A stretch of 64,000 nt of DNA from Clostridia bacterium (GCA_017456055.1 JAFTKC010000007.1:4412-68411), one strand, 5' to 3'. Counted from the first letter of the stretch, positions 28,802-39,575 are shown. Program-made: numbers and translations. The notes: generated by a model not told the origin, from the letters alone.

Positions 28802-31800
28802 TTATTCTTCTACTTCCGCACTTCTTTGTACGATAGTTTGAGGTGAAACGTTTTTATAGTCCTTCATTCCTGTTCCTGCAGGGATAAGTTTACCGATAAT
28901 TACGTTTTCTTTTAAGCCGATAAGTGGGTCAATCTTATTCTTGATTGCAGCCTCGGTGAGAACTCTTGCGGTTTCTTGGAATGACGCTGCCGACAAGAAA
29001 CTCTCTTTTGCGAGCGCGGCTTTGGTAATACCGAGTAAAATTCTCTTACCAACTGGTGGACGATTGCCGTTTTCTAACGCTTTTAACGTTTCTTCTTCGA
29101 ATCTGTAAAGGTCAAGTTTTTCACCAGGTAGAATATCCGTATCTCCAGGGTTTTCTACTTGAACTTTCTTCATCATTTGTCTAACGATAATTTCTACGTG
29201 CTTATCGTTGATGTCAACGCCTTGTGAACGGTAAACGCTTTGAATTTCACGAAGAATATAGTCTTGTACGCCCTTAATACCTTTGGTCTTGAGAATATCT
29301 TGTGGATATACTGAACCGTTAGTTAAAATCGTACCTGGCTCTACTCTTTCGCCGTCCTTTACGATTACACCCGTTCCAAATGGAATTACGTAGTCCTTAG
29401 TATCGCCTTCGTCAGTCTTGATTACTACGTGAATAATCTTGTCTTTTTCTTCAATAGAAGCAACACCACTTTCCATACATACGATTGCAGCGTGCTTTGG
29501 CTTTCTTGCTTCGAAAAGTTCTTCAACTCTAGGAAGACCTTGCGTAATATCGCCCGTACTTGCTATACCACCGGTGTGGAAGGTTCTCATGGTAAGTTGC
29601 GTACCAGGTTCACCGATTGATTGTGCGGCGATAATACCAACTGCTTCACCCACTTGAACAGGGTTGTTATTACTCATATTCTTTCCGTAGCACTTAGCAC
29701 AAACACCCGTCTTAGACTTACAAGTGAATACGCTTCTAATTTCAACTGCTTCAATGCCTGCCTTGCAGATTGCGTCAGCCATATCCTCGCTAATCATTTG
29801 GTTAGCCTTAACCATAACTTCGCCCGTTACTGGGTTGATTATGTCGTTAACGGTGAATCTACCTGCAATTCTATCTCTCAAGCCTTCGATAATTTCACCT
29901 TTGCTACCCTTGATTGCAGTGACAACGATTCCCTTAGGCTTTTCGCCGAGTTCAGCAAAGCAATCGTCTTCTTTAACGATAACTTCTTGCGAAACGTCTA
30001 CTAAACGACGAGTTAAGTATCCTGAGTCTGCCGTCTTTAACGCCGTATCGGCTAAACCTTTACGTCCACCGTGTGATGAAATAAAGTATTCAAGAACTGA
30101 AAGTCCTTCACGGAAACAAGATTTAACAGGAACTTCAATGGTTTTACCATTAGGATCGGTCATAAGACCACGCATACCTGCTAATTGTTTAATTTGGTCC
30201 TTACTACCACGCGCACCAGAGTTTGCCATCATTAGAATTGGGTTAAACTCGTCGAGCGTTTCCATAAGTTTTTCGGTGACGGTATCGGTTGCGTTTTTCC
30301 AGATAGATACTACCTTTTTGTATCTTTCGTCGTCAGTTATGAAACCTTTTTTATAAAGGTTTTCAACCTTGAGAACGTGTTGTTCTGCTTCTCTAATAAT
30401 TTGAGGTTTGCCCTTAGGCATGTGCATATCGAATACCGACGTAGTGATTGCGCCAACGGTTGAATACTTAAAGCCTAAAGCCTTAACGTCGTCAAGCACT
30501 TCGGCAGCACAACTTGCGCCGTGACGCTTAAAGCAAGCGCCAACGATTTTTTGAAGTAATTTCTTACCTACTAATTCGTCGATTTCATATTTAATAAAGT
30601 CTTCTTTTTCTTTTCTTTCTACGAAGCCCAAGTCTTGTGGAATAGCGCCGTTGAAGATAATCTTACCAACTGAAGTCTTAACTCTACCAACGACCTTTTC
30701 ACCCTCAACTTCTACTGCTCTACGAACGATAATTTCGTCTTGTAAGCCGATTTTACCCGTTTGATAAGCCATAATTGCTTCTTCAGGTGAAGAATACGAA
30801 ACGGTGTACTCTGGAACGCCGTATAAAGCGCCGTTTTCACTAGGTCTACCCTTTTCGTCGTATTTCTCGCCTATCTTATGACGAAGTAATGTCAAGTAGT
30901 AAGAGCCCATAACCATATCTTGAGTAGGACTCATAACAGGCTTACCGTCTGAAAGTTTTAAGATATTGTTTGATGCGAGCATCAAGAATCTTGCTTCTGC
31001 TTGCGCTTCAACCGAAAGTGGAACGTGAACTGCCATTTGGTCACCGTCGAAGTCGGCGTTGAACGCGCCACATACTAACGGATGGAGTTTAATTGCTCTA
31101 CCTTCAATCAATACAGGCTCGAACGCTTGAATTGAAAGTCTGTGAAGAGTAGGAGCACGGTTGAGTAGAACAGGGTGGTCTTTGATTACGTCTTCTAAAA
31201 CGTCCCAAACTACCGTCTTAGCCTTTTCTACCGTTCTCTTTGCGTTCTTAATGTTATGGCAAATGTTATTTTCAACAAGTTTTTTCATTACGAAAGGCTT
31301 GAAGAGTTCGATTGCCATTTCTTTTGGAAGACCACATTGATAAAGTTTGAGTTCCGGACCAACTACGATAACCGAACGACCTGAGTAGTCAACACGTTTA
31401 CCGAGAAGGTTTTGACGGAATCTACCTTGCTTACCACGAAGCATACCAGAAAGTGATTTAAGTTCACGGTTGCCTGCGCCAACGATTGCCTTGCCACGTC
31501 TGCCGTTGTCAATTAAAGCGTCAACGGCTTCTTGAAGCATTCTCTTTTCGTTTCTTATAATGATTTCAGGCGCGCCCAATTCCATAAGTTTTTTAAGTCT
31601 GTTATTTCTATTGATTACGCGTCTATATAAGTCGTTTAAGTCGGAAGTAGCAAATCTACCGCCGTCTAATTGTACCATTGGACGAATTTCAGGTGGAATT
31701 ACGGGAAGAACGTCTAAAATCATCCATTCAGGACGGTTTCCGCTCTTTCTAAAAGACTCGATAATCTCTAATCTCTTAACCGCACGAATTCTCTTTTGTC

Positions 31801-32404
31801 CAGTGGTGTTTCCATCAATGATAGCCTTGGTTTCTGCGCTTTCTTTTTCAATGTCGATAGCCATTAAAAGTTCTTTAATAGCCTCTGCGCCCATACCCGT
31901 CTTAAACGAGCCGTAGCCGTACTTATCTTCGTATTCCATCTTTTCTCTATCGGTGATAACTTGCTTATATTCAAGGTCGGTTTCACCTGGATCTAATACG
32001 ATATGGCTAGCAAAATATAAAACTTGTTCCAAAGCCTTAGGACTAATATCTAACATCAAGCCAATTCTTGATGGAACGCCCTTAAAATACCAAATGTGCG
32101 AAACGGGAGCAGCGAGTTCAATGTGTCCCATACGGTCACGACGAACTTTTGACTTGGTGACTTCAACGCCACACTTGTCGCAAATTACGCCCTTATAACG
32201 AATACGCTTATACTTTCCGCAATGACATTCCCAGTCCTTAGTAGGTCCAAAAATTCTTTCGCAGAAAAGACCGCCCATTTCGGGTTTTTGAGTTCTGTAG
32301 TTGATGGTTTCGGGCTTGGTCACTTCGCCGTAAGACCATTCTCTTATTTTTTCGGGAGATGCAACTCCTATTTGTATAGAATCAAAATTGTTAAGTTCAA
32401 ACAT
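28802..32404 (-). CDS. rpoC: DNA-directed RNA polymerase subunit beta'
   Basis: Canonical sequence, including NADFDGD. Confidence 0.98.
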   Translation of the reverse strand: MFELNNFDSIQIGVASPEKIREWSYGEVTKPETINYRTQKPEMGGLFCERIFGPTKDWECHCGKYKRIRYKGVICDKCGVEVTKSKVRRDRMGHIELAAPVSHIWYFKGVPSRIGLMLDISPKALEQVLYFASHIVLDPGETDLEYKQVITDREKMEYEDKYGYGSFKTGMGAEAIKELLMAIDIEKESAETKAIIDGNTTGQKRIRAVKRLEIIESFRKSGNRPEWMILDVLPVIPPEIRPMVQLDGGRFATSDLNDLYRRVINRNNRLKKLMELGAPEIIIRNEKRMLQEAVDALIDNGRRGKAIVGAGNRELKSLSGMLRGKQGRFRQNLLGKRVDYSGRSVIVVGPELKLYQCGLPKEMAIELFKPFVMKKLVENNICHNIKNAKRTVEKAKTVVWDVLEDVIKDHPVLLNRAPTLHRLSIQAFEPVLIEGRAIKLHPLVCGAFNADFDGDQMAVHVPLSVEAQAEARFLMLASNNILKLSDGKPVMSPTQDMVMGSYYLTLLRHKIGEKYDEKGRPSENGALYGVPEYTVSYSSPEEAIMAYQTGKIGLQDEIIVRRAVEVEGEKVVGRVKTSVGKIIFNGAIPQDLGFVERKEKEDFIKYEIDELVGKKLLQKIVGACFKRHGASCAAEVLDDVKALGFKYSTVGAITTSVFDMHMPKGKPQIIREAEQHVLKVENLYKKGFITDDERYKKVVSIWKNATDTVTEKLMETLDEFNPILMMANSGARGSKDQIKQLAGMRGLMTDPNGKTIEVPVKSCFREGLSVLEYFISSHGGRKGLADTALKTADSGYLTRRLVDVSQEVIVKEDDCFAELGEKPKGIVVTAIKGSKGEIIEGLRDRIAGRFTVNDIINPVTGEVMVKANQMISEDMADAICKAGIEAVEIRSVFTCKSKTGVCAKCYGKNMSNNNPVQVGEAVGIIAAQSIGEPGTQLTMRTFHTGGIASTGDITQGLPRVEELFEARKPKHAAIVCMESGVASIEEKDKIIHVVIKTDEGDTKDYVIPFGTGVIVKDGERVEPGTILTNGSVYPQDILKTKGIKGVQDYILREIQSVYRSQGVDINDKHVEIIVRQMMKKVQVENPGDTDILPGEKLDLYRFEEETLKALENGNRPPVGKRILLGITKAALAKESFLSAASFQETARVLTEAAIKNKIDPLIGLKENVIIGKLIPAGTGMKDYKNVSPQTIVQRSAEVEE

Positions 32405-32416
32405 TCTATTTCCCCC

Positions 32417-35400
32417 TTAGTCTTCTATTTGATCGTCGTCAAACATATCGTCTTCGAACATGTCGTCGTCAGGAATAGTAGTATCAATTTCATCGTCTTC
32501 ATCTTCAAACATATCTTTAGCACTGAAACCAAAGTCTTCGTCGAGATCAACCGTTTCGGTATCTTCAAATACGGTTTCGCCAACGTCTTCTGCTGAAATT
32601 TCGTCGAGTGAAATTTCCTCTTTAGTATCCCTTTCTCTAAACATAGGAATATCGTCGATATCGCTTTCGATAAGGTCTTTAATAGCAAGTTCTTCTTTGC
32701 TTTCGGTTAGAACTTTTACGTCCAACGCAAGAGATTGAAGTTCTTTTAGTAATACTTTGAACGCTTCTGGAATACCAGGTTCAGAGATATTAGTTCCCTT
32801 AACGATTGATTCGTAAGTCTTTACACGTCCTACGATATCGTCTGATTTAACGGTAAGTATTTCCTGAAGAATATGAGCAGCACCATACGCCTCGAGTGCC
32901 CAAATTTCCATTTCACCGAATCTTTGTCCACCGAATTGCGCTTTACCACCTAAAGGTTGTTGGGTGACTAAACTATATGGACCGGTTGATCTTGCGTGAA
33001 TCTTATCGTCAACTAAGTGGTGAAGTTTGATCATATACATTTGACCAACGGTCACTCTGTTTTCAAAAGGTTCGCCCGTTCTTCCGTCGTAAAGTTGGAT
33101 CTTTCCGTCAACTTCCCCGTCAGGATTTACTATGTTGTTTTCTTTCAATAATTGCTTGATATCGCTTTCAGAAGCGCCGTCAAATACAGGCGTAGCAATC
33201 TTCCAGCCGAGTTGTTTACAAACTAAACCTAAGTGCACTTCTAGTACTTGTCCAATGTTCATACGTGAAGGAACGCCTAGTGGGTTCAACACGATTTGAA
33301 GTGGAGTACCATCAGCCATAAACGGCATATCAGACTCTGGCATTACTCTTGAGATAACGCCCTTGTTTCCGTGACGACCTGCCATCTTATCGCCGATAGA
33401 AATCTTACGCTTTTGTGCGATATATACTCTAACTTGTTTGTTAACGCCAGGCGCTAATTCATCTTTATTTGCTCTAGTGAATACCTTAACGTCAACTACT
33501 ATACCACCTTCTCCGTGTGGCACTTTTAGAGAAGTATCTCTAACTTCTCTTGCTTTTTCACCGAATATTGCTCTCAAAAGTCTTTCTTCTGGAGTTAATT
33601 CGGTTTCGCCCTTAGGCGTCACTTTACCAACGAGAATATCACCGCTGTTAACTTCAGCACCGACTCTAATAATACCGTCTTCGTCTAAGTCCTTTAGAGC
33701 GTCTTCGCCAACGTTTGGAATATCTCTAGTGATTTCTTCTTCGCCAAGACGAGTATCTCTAGCCTCGATTTCGTGCTCCTCGATATGGATAGTGGTGAAC
33801 ATATCTTCACGAACGAGTTTTTCCGAAATAAGTATAGCGTCCTCGTAGTTGTAGCCTTCCCAACTCATAAATCCAACTAAAATGTTGCGACCTAACGCCA
33901 ATTCGCCGTTTCTAGTTGATGGACCGTCTGCAATGGTTTGTCCCATTTCAATCTTTTCGCCCTTGTCAACGATAGGTCTTTGATTTAAGCAAGTACCTTG
34001 GTTGCTACGTTCAAATTTCTTAAGTTTGTATTCTTTATCAGTTCCGTCTTCTTCGGTCACGATAATCTTATCGCTTGAAACACTCTTAACAACGCCTGCG
34101 CCGGTTGCGTTAACCATAACGCCCGAGTCGTAAGCAATACGTCTTTCAATACCGGTTGCAACGATAGCGTTTTCAGGATAAAGTAGTGGAACGGCTTGTC
34201 TTTGCATGTTCGAGCCCATGAGCGCACGGTTGGTATCGTCGTTCTCTAAGAACGGGATAAGTGCTGCTGCAACTGAGATAAGTTGCTTTGGCGAAACGTC
34301 CATATAGTCCATTTTTTCTTGAACGTCTTCGGTAATTTCGTCTTTATAACGGCAAGAAACACGCTCGTTAACGAAGTATTTATTATCGATAAGTGGTTCG
34401 TTTGCTTGCGCAACGATGTACTTATCTTCTTCGTCAGCGGTTAAGTAATCAACTTGTTCGGTCACTTCGGTAATAATTTTTCCGTCTTCCCCTACCGTGT
34501 GAATAATCTTTCTATATGGAGATTCGATAAAGCCGAACTCGTTTACTTGCGCGTAGGTTGCTAGTGAAGAGATAAGACCGATGTTTTGACCTTCAGGCGT
34601 TTCGATAGGACAAATTCTTCCGTAGTGAGAGTGGTGAACGTCACGCACTTCAAAGGTTGCTCTGTTTCTATTTAAACCACCAGGACCTAAAGCAGAAAGT
34701 TTTCTCTTGTGAGTTAACTCTGCAATAGGGTTAGTTTGATCCATAAATTGTGAAAGTTGAGAAGAGCCGAAGAATTCTTTAATAGCAGAACTTTCAGGAC
34801 GAACGTTAATTAGGTTTTGTGGCGAAACGTCCTTTTGGTCTTGAGTAGCCATTCTTTCTTTAACAACTCTTTCAAGTCTAGTGATACCAATACGGAATTG
34901 GTTTTGTAAAAGTTCACCAACCGAACGAACACGACGATTTCCCAAGTGGTCGATATTGTCAACTGAATTTAAGCCTTCAACTAAATCTAAGTTAACTGAG
35001 ATTGATGCTACGATATCGTCAACGGTCACGTGTTTGTGGTTTAACTTATCGAGAAGTGGACGGATTTCCTTTCTTTCTTCAGCAGAAACAGGAGTCTCCG
35101 TTCCCCTTTCGGTAATTTCGTAGAACTTAACGCAAGCACGAACGAATTTATTTCTCGTTTCTCTTGCCTTTTCTTGATTTTTTCTATCTTCGGGCTTTTC
35201 TTCGCCTTCTGGAATAACTTTGTCTTCAATATAGAAGAATTCGTTAATTTCTTTCTTTAAGATTTCAGCAGTTTCTTCAATGCCTTTTCCTTTAGCAAGT
35301 TCGTTAACTTTCTTAGAGAAATCTAAAATTGGCGAATAAACGTAGTCGAGTAAACCGAAGAACTTTGGTTCAATACCGGTGACAGCCTTAAAGCCTACTA

Positions 35401-36427
35401 CGTTGTTTGCAATCATCTTGTGCTTTTTGCCGTTGATGTCTGCATAGAATATATTAACGCCTGCGTTTTGAATATCTTCTGCTTGTCCTCTAGTGATAAT
35501 TTGACCTGCGGTAGCCAAAACTTCGCCGTCTGGAGAAATAACGTCTTCATAAGCCTTTAAGCCAACGATTCTTTCACCTAAACGTAAACGCTTGTTGTAT
35601 TTATATCTACCAACTCTAGCCAAGTCGTATCTTCTTGGTTCGAAGAAAAGGTTTTTAAGACTTTGCTTAACAGCCTCTTCGGTTGGAATTTCACCCGGAC
35701 GTAAACGACGGTATAATTCAATTAAACCTTCGCTTTCCGATTTAGAAGTGTCTTTAGCAGCGGTATCAACTATCATTTGATTGCCGTCGAAAAGTTCTGC
35801 TAACGCTTGGTCACTACCAAAGCCTAACGCTCTTAAAAGAACGGTTGCAGTAAGTTTTCTCGTACGGTCAACGTGTACCCAAAGTAAACCTTGAGAATCT
35901 TGTTCAAACTCTAACCACGCGCCTCTTGATGGAATAACGGTAGTAGCGAAAATCTTTTTACCAGATTTATCTACTTGGTCTGCATTGTAAACGCCAGGCG
36001 ATCTAACTAATTGCGAAACGATAACACGCTCTGCACCGTTAATGATGAAAGCGCCGTTCTCGGTCATAAGTGGGAAGTCGCCCATGAAAACTTCCGATTC
36101 AACTACTTCGTCGGTAATCTTGTTAACCAACCTAACTTTTACCTTGAGTGGTAGAGCGTAGGTCACGTCTCTTTCCCTACATTCCTTTTCGTCGTACTTT
36201 GGAGTACCCGTTAAGGTGTAATCTAAAAAGTACAATTCAAAACGGTCTGAATAGTCGGTGATTGGAGAGAAGTCTTCTAAAACTTCGCCAATCCCTTCAC
36301 GGATGAAGGCATCGTAGGAGTCCTTTTGTATCTTGACAAGGTATGGAATATCGATTGCTTCTTTAATTTTGCTAAACGTTTTTCTTTTAACCTTGCCACA
36401 TTCAATTTCGGATAATACTCGCGTCAT
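32417..36427 (-). CDS. rpoB: DNA-directed RNA polymerase subunit beta, with a 96-aa acidic C-terminal tail
   Basis: Canonical beta-subunit blocks. At 1336 aa it is long for a Firmicute. Confidence 0.98.
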   Translation of the reverse strand: MTRVLSEIECGKVKRKTFSKIKEAIDIPYLVKIQKDSYDAFIREGIGEVLEDFSPITDYSDRFELYFLDYTLTGTPKYDEKECRERDVTYALPLKVKVRLVNKITDEVVESEVFMGDFPLMTENGAFIINGAERVIVSQLVRSPGVYNADQVDKSGKKIFATTVIPSRGAWLEFEQDSQGLLWVHVDRTRKLTATVLLRALGFGSDQALAELFDGNQMIVDTAAKDTSKSESEGLIELYRRLRPGEIPTEEAVKQSLKNLFFEPRRYDLARVGRYKYNKRLRLGERIVGLKAYEDVISPDGEVLATAGQIITRGQAEDIQNAGVNIFYADINGKKHKMIANNVVGFKAVTGIEPKFFGLLDYVYSPILDFSKKVNELAKGKGIEETAEILKKEINEFFYIEDKVIPEGEEKPEDRKNQEKARETRNKFVRACVKFYEITERGTETPVSAEERKEIRPLLDKLNHKHVTVDDIVASISVNLDLVEGLNSVDNIDHLGNRRVRSVGELLQNQFRIGITRLERVVKERMATQDQKDVSPQNLINVRPESSAIKEFFGSSQLSQFMDQTNPIAELTHKRKLSALGPGGLNRNRATFEVRDVHHSHYGRICPIETPEGQNIGLISSLATYAQVNEFGFIESPYRKIIHTVGEDGKIITEVTEQVDYLTADEEDKYIVAQANEPLIDNKYFVNERVSCRYKDEITEDVQEKMDYMDVSPKQLISVAAALIPFLENDDTNRALMGSNMQRQAVPLLYPENAIVATGIERRIAYDSGVMVNATGAGVVKSVSSDKIIVTEEDGTDKEYKLKKFERSNQGTCLNQRPIVDKGEKIEMGQTIADGPSTRNGELALGRNILVGFMSWEGYNYEDAILISEKLVREDMFTTIHIEEHEIEARDTRLGEEEITRDIPNVGEDALKDLDEDGIIRVGAEVNSGDILVGKVTPKGETELTPEERLLRAIFGEKAREVRDTSLKVPHGEGGIVVDVKVFTRANKDELAPGVNKQVRVYIAQKRKISIGDKMAGRHGNKGVISRVMPESDMPFMADGTPLQIVLNPLGVPSRMNIGQVLEVHLGLVCKQLGWKIATPVFDGASESDIKQLLKENNIVNPDGEVDGKIQLYDGRTGEPFENRVTVGQMYMIKLHHLVDDKIHARSTGPYSLVTQQPLGGKAQFGGQRFGEMEIWALEAYGAAHILQEILTVKSDDIVGRVKTYESIVKGTNISEPGIPEAFKVLLKELQSLALDVKVLTESKEELAIKDLIESDIDDIPMFRERDTKEEISLDEISAEDVGETVFEDTETVDLDEDFGFSAKDMFEDEDDEIDTTIPDDDMFEDDMFDDDQIED

Positions 36428-36553
36428 TAAAACACACTCCTTAAATTATTTTTTCTAAGTTTTGGGTTGCTGAGGCGTAAATTTTGCATGTAAAATTATT
36501 ATATAATTTATACAAATTTTGTGCCGAGCAAAAATCATGATAAAATTTCGACG

Positions 36554-36603
36554 TTTTTTGACCTTTTTTTTGCTATTTTTGCCCATTTTTTTGGGGCATT
36601 TTT
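36554..36603. repeat. five phased T5-T8 tracts (starts 36554, 36564, 36576, 36586, 36599) in the rpoB upstream region
   Basis: Counted directly from the sequence. Confidence 0.75.
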
Positions 36604-36645
36604 CTAAAAAAGGCGATAAAAATCGATATTAACCTATCATAATGC

Positions 36646-36682
36646 ATTTTATTATATTACGCTCATTTGTCAAGATTGTCAA
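36646..36682 (-). promoter_or_regulatory. possible tandem overlapping promoters directed toward rpoB
   Basis: Two TTGACA hexamers sit 9 nt apart on the reverse strand. One has a TAATAT -10 at 17 nt spacing, the other a TAAAAT -10 at 16 nt spacing. Use of either implies a 5' UTR of about 215 nt. Confidence 0.45.
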
Positions 36683-36718
36683 GCGATTTATTAAAAATTT
36701 TAAAATTATTTTTTTTAG

Positions 36719-36747
36719 TTGCTTTTTAGCGTATAAATTGTTAAAAT
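36719..36747 (+). promoter_or_regulatory. rqcP-ispDF promoter (TTGCTT, 17 nt spacer, TGtTAAAAT)
   Basis: Read directly from the sequence. Confidence 0.55.
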
Positions 36748-36765
36748 ATTTAGGGAAGATTTTTT

Positions 36766-37011
36766 ATGAGAATTGATAAATACTTAAACGTTTCTAGAAT
36801 ACTAAAAAGACGCACCCTAGCAAACCAAGCGGCTAGTTCTGGGCGAATCGCCGTTAACGGCAGACAAGTTAAACCTTCTTATCAAGTTAAGATTGGCGAC
36901 GTGGTGGAAGTGCATTTTAATAGTGGCACGCTTAAATTTAAAATTCTAGATATAAAGCAAACGGTAAAAAAAGAACAAGCAGAATCTCTCTACGAGATTT
37001 TAGGGGAATAA
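36766..37011 (+). CDS. rqcP: S4-domain RNA-binding protein (YabO/RqcP type)
   Basis: MRIDKYLNVSRILKRRTLANQAASSGRIAVNGRQVKPS aligns closely with my recollection of B. subtilis YabO. Confidence 0.8.
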   Translation: MRIDKYLNVSRILKRRTLANQAASSGRIAVNGRQVKPSYQVKIGDVVEVHFNSGTLKFKILDIKQTVKKEQAESLYEILGE

Positions 37012-37013
37012 AA

Positions 37014-38132
37014 ATGAAGGTTTCTCTTTTACTTGCCTGTGGGGGCAAAGGCGTTCGCGCAGGGCAATCACAAAACAAACTATTATATAAAGTGGACGGG
37101 GCTACCATACTAGAAAAAACTCTATCTGCCTTTTATTCTTCGGGGCTAGTAGACGAGTACGTAGTAGTCGTTTCAAAAGAAGATTTTCCTTTGCTTAAAA
37201 AACTTCTTCCTGAAGAAGTAATCTTAGTTGTGGGGGGCAATTCGAGAACTCAATCGGTTAAAAACGGACTTAGCGTTGTTAGTGGAGATATAGTTTTAGT
37301 GCACGACGGGGCTAGACCTTTTATTAGCAGTAAAATGATAAAGGACTGCATTGATACTGCAAGTAAATTCGGCAGCGCTATTCCCCTTATTCCCTCGCCT
37401 AACACACTTTGCGTTAAAAGTGGCGAGATAATCGAAAATTATTTAGGAAAGGACGAAATCTATCAAATTCAAACGCCACAAGGCTTTATAACAAAAGATT
37501 TAATTAAGGCATATTCACTTAGCGACAATAAAGTTTTTAACGACGACGGAGAAGTTTATAAAAATTATATAGGACAAGTTCACTCGTACCAAGGGGACGC
37601 TAAAAATATTAAACTCACCTACAAAGAAGACTTTGATAAGTTAAATAGTAGTGATATGGTTAGAGTGGGCGTTGGTTTTGATTGCCATAAATTAGTGGAA
37701 AATAGAAAACTTATTTTAGGTGGAATTGAAATTCCACACGACAAGGGGCTTTTAGGACATTCGGATGCAGACGTTTTAACACACGCTATTATGGACGCAA
37801 TGTTATCTTCAGTTGCCGAAAGAGATATTGGCTACCACTTCCCCGACACCGACGAGAAGTACAGGGGCGCAAATAGTGTAGAACTACTTAAAAAGGTTAT
37901 CGAAATTTGCAAAAATAAAGGATATAAAATAAAAAGCCTTTCAGCCGTTATTATGGCAGAAAAGCCTAAACTATTAAAACGTATTCCCGAAATAACTAAT
38001 AACCTAGCAAAAATTTTATCTATCTCCCCTGATTGTATCGGGCTAACTGCAACCACCCTAGAAGGCTTGGGTTTTGTGGGCAGAGAAGAAGGAATTTGCG
38101 TAAACGCTTCCGCCGTTATGCAAGAAATTTAA
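37014..38132 (+). CDS. ispDF: bifunctional IspD/IspF (MEP cytidylyltransferase / MEcPP synthase)
   Basis: N-terminal LLACGGKGVR (IspD) and C-terminal VGVGFDCH...GHSDADVLTHA (IspF). Confidence 0.93.
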   Translation: MKVSLLLACGGKGVRAGQSQNKLLYKVDGATILEKTLSAFYSSGLVDEYVVVVSKEDFPLLKKLLPEEVILVVGGNSRTQSVKNGLSVVSGDIVLVHDGARPFISSKMIKDCIDTASKFGSAIPLIPSPNTLCVKSGEIIENYLGKDEIYQIQTPQGFITKDLIKAYSLSDNKVFNDDGEVYKNYIGQVHSYQGDAKNIKLTYKEDFDKLNSSDMVRVGVGFDCHKLVENRKLILGGIEIPHDKGLLGHSDADVLTHAIMDAMLSSVAERDIGYHFPDTDEKYRGANSVELLKKVIEICKNKGYKIKSLSAVIMAEKPKLLKRIPEITNNLAKILSISPDCIGLTATTLEGLGFVGREEGICVNASAVMQEI

Positions 38133-38157
38133 GAATAAAATACACGAGTAAATAGGC

Positions 38158-38192
38158 AACGCCACGACCGATTGGTCGTGGCGTTTTCTTTT
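38158..38192 (+). terminator. ispDF terminator
   Basis: AACGCCACGACC/GGTCGTGGCGTT stem followed by a T-run. Confidence 0.85.
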
Positions 38193-38230
38193 GTGTTTCT
38201 TTTGTAAATTATTAACTTTTCTTTAGTAGA

Positions 38231-38644
38231 CTAGTTTTCGTCGGTTGGCTCTAGGCTCATTGCTTCTTCTGCCATTTCTTCTTCGTCGAGCGCTCTACAA
38301 AATTCTTCAAAAACTTCTTCTAAAAGAGCGTTGTCTTCGATAGGAAGTAGTTCTGCGTTATCTTCGTCATCTCCACTAACTTCAAAGATGATTAAGTCTT
38401 CTTCGCTCATTCCCTCGATTTCTTCAGCAGGCTCGAAAGCAGAATACCATTTGCCCTTATATTCGATAGTTCCTACTAAGAAGAATTTTAATTTTCTTCC
38501 GTCGTCGGTAGAAATTTCTACGATTTCATCTTCGCGCTCGCAATCGCAGTCACAATCACAGTCACAATCGTGGTCGTGTTCGTGAGTGCAAGTACATTCC
38601 TTTTCTTCTTCGCATCCACAAGTGCACTTTTTATCTTCTTTCAT
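38231..38644 (-). CDS. DUF1292 (YrzB-like) protein with a Cys/Asp/His-rich N-terminal extension
   Basis: The C-terminal part (DGRKLKFFLVGTIEYKGKWY...FEV) is DUF1292-like, and the gene follows ruvX as in Bacillus. The N-terminal 44 aa contain 11 Cys. Confidence 0.75.
   Translation of the reverse strand: MKEDKKCTCGCEEEKECTCTHEHDHDCDCDCDCDCEREDEIVEISTDDGRKLKFFLVGTIEYKGKWYSAFEPAEEIEGMSEEDLIIFEVSGDDEDNAELLPIEDNALLEEVFEEFCRALDEEEMAEEAMSLEPTDEN
38540..38569 (-). repeat. hexanucleotide repeat (GAYTGY)x5 encoding (Asp-Cys)5
   Basis: The plus strand reads GCAATC GCAGTC ACAATC ACAGTC ACAATC. Confidence 0.85.
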
Positions 38645-38657
38645 TTTTATATCTCCT

Positions 38658-39083
38658 TTATTTTTTACCTTTATTTATTTGGTTAAGATATCCTTGTAAA
38701 ATGGTGGCTGCCGCTAAACTATCCACCACGCTCTTTCTCTCTTCTCTACTCTTGCCTTGACTTATTAAAACTTCTTCTGCTTCGCAAGTGGAACAACGCT
38801 CGTCCACCGAGATAATTTCTATCCCTAAAAGTTCTCTAAGTTTATCAATAAAAAATCTTGCCTTTCCCGTTTGAATTGAATCGCTTCCGTCAAAGTTAAC
38901 GGGCAAACCACACACCATTTTGGTTATGCCCTTTTCCTTAACCACGCTCTCCATCTTGGCTAAATCGGTTTTAAGATTTTTTCTATGATAGGTTTCTACG
39001 GGCAGAGAATAAGAATTAAACGGGTCTGAAACGGCAATTCCTATCCTTTTATCGCCTATATCTAAGCACAAATATCTTTCCAC
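38658..39083 (-). CDS. ruvX: Holliday junction resolvase-like / pre-16S rRNA nuclease RuvX (YqgF)
   Basis: ERYLCLDIGDKRIGIAVSD is the YqgF signature. GTG start. Confidence 0.9.
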   Translation of the reverse strand: MERYLCLDIGDKRIGIAVSDPFNSYSLPVETYHRKNLKTDLAKMESVVKEKGITKMVCGLPVNFDGSDSIQTGKARFFIDKLRELLGIEIISVDERCSTCEAEEVLISQGKSREERKSVVDSLAAATILQGYLNQINKGKK

Positions 39084-39089
39084 AATTTT

Positions 39090-39098
39090 ATTATATCA
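39090..39098 (-). promoter_or_regulatory. extended -10 (TGaTATAAT) 6 nt upstream of the ruvX GTG
   Basis: The reverse strand reads TGATATAAT-AAAATT-GTG. Confidence 0.45.
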
Positions 39099-39117
39099 CT
39101 CTTTTTAACTTTTTACA

Positions 39118-39146
39118 ATAAAAAAGAGCGAGTTTTTCTCGCTCTT
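39118..39146 (-). terminator. terminator after zinc-ribbon gene 1 (AAAAAAGAGCGAG...CTCGCTCTT)
   Basis: Hairpin plus T-run on the reverse strand. Its sequence is related to the terminators at 39781 and 40268. Confidence 0.75.
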
Positions 39147-39157
39147 AAATATTTTGA

Positions 39158-39484
39158 TTAAATAAGATATGCATACCCTAACGCAGTCAAACAGCCGTAT
39201 CCCAATGCTACTAAAACTATAGCAAGAACAATTGATATCACATATCCCTTTACCCAACCTATTAAAAAGGTTTTTATTGCGCTTTCTTTACCTACGTACA
39301 TACATATACCTATTAACAAACCTAACAATCCTAATAAAAGCCCCAACCAATAGCCTACGCTTCCTTTATCTTCGTAAACTTCTTTAACGGGATTTTTGAC
39401 AGGATATTTACTTAATTCTCCACCACAATAAACGCATCTTTCCTTGCCGTCTGGGTTATATTTACCACAACTCTTGCAATACAT
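39158..39484 (-). CDS. zinc-ribbon membrane protein, paralog 1
   Basis: N-terminal CxxC...CxxC (CKSCG...CVYCG) followed by hydrophobic segments. Shares GLxGLxIGICxY...GWVKG with the 39813..40157 product. Confidence 0.6.
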   Translation of the reverse strand: MYCKSCGKYNPDGKERCVYCGGELSKYPVKNPVKEVYEDKGSVGYWLGLLLGLLGLLIGICMYVGKESAIKTFLIGWVKGYVISIVLAIVLVALGYGCLTALGYAYLI

Positions 39485-39513
39485 AACTTTCTCCTTTTCC
39501 TTAGTTTTTTAAT

Positions 39514-39542
39514 ATTATATACCAAATTTTTTGGTAAGTCAA
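39514..39542 (-). promoter_or_regulatory. consensus promoter of zinc-ribbon gene 1 (TTGACT, 17 nt spacer, TATAAT); the spacer is itself a perfect palindrome
   Basis: The 17 nt spacer 39520..39536 reads TACCAAAAAATTTGGTA on the reverse strand. Confidence 0.65.
39520..39536. promoter_or_regulatory. operator-like palindrome O1 (ACCAA-N5-TTGGT core)
   Basis: TACCAAATTTTTTGGTA has perfect 7+7 dyad symmetry. Confidence 0.6.
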
Positions 39543-39546
39543 TTAT

Positions 39547-39567
39547 TTAACCAAAAATATTGGTAAA
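39547..39567. promoter_or_regulatory. operator-like palindrome O2 (ACCAA-N5-TTGGT core), overlapping the XRE gene's -10
   Basis: TTAACCAAAAATATTGGTAAA has the same core and spacing as O1. Confidence 0.55.
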
Positions 39568-39569
39568 CT
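39561..39569 (+). promoter_or_regulatory. extended -10 (TGgTAAACT) 6 nt upstream of the XRE ATG; leaderless configuration
   Basis: TGGTAAACT-AATATT-ATG, with no SD. Confidence 0.5.
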
Positions 39570-39575
39570 AATATT

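Noticed and set aside
29429-30356. Several long plus-strand ORFs (up to 210 aa) antisense to rpoC. Similar antisense ORFs lie over fusA, rpoB, addA/addB, secE (51068..51508), yebC (1042..1371) and others in the track.
   Set aside because: They lie entirely inside strongly conserved genes on the other strand and have no SD or promoter. Their low-complexity Ser/Leu/Ile-rich products are typical of antisense frames in AT-rich genomes.
32425-32738. An 87-aa same-strand alternate-frame ORF and a 92-aa Ser-rich antisense ORF over the 3' end of rpoB.
   Set aside because: They are mirror images of the GAT/GAA-rich acidic tail codons (the antisense strand reads TC-rich Ser codons). There are no independent translation signals.
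36537-36632. A 31-codon hydrophobic small ORF (MIKFRRFLTFFLLFLPIFLGHFSKKGDKNRY) in the rpoB upstream region.
   Set aside because: It has no SD. The Phe/Leu richness is simply the translation of the T-tract array. A comparable T-tract array at 23669..23716 has no equivalent ORF.
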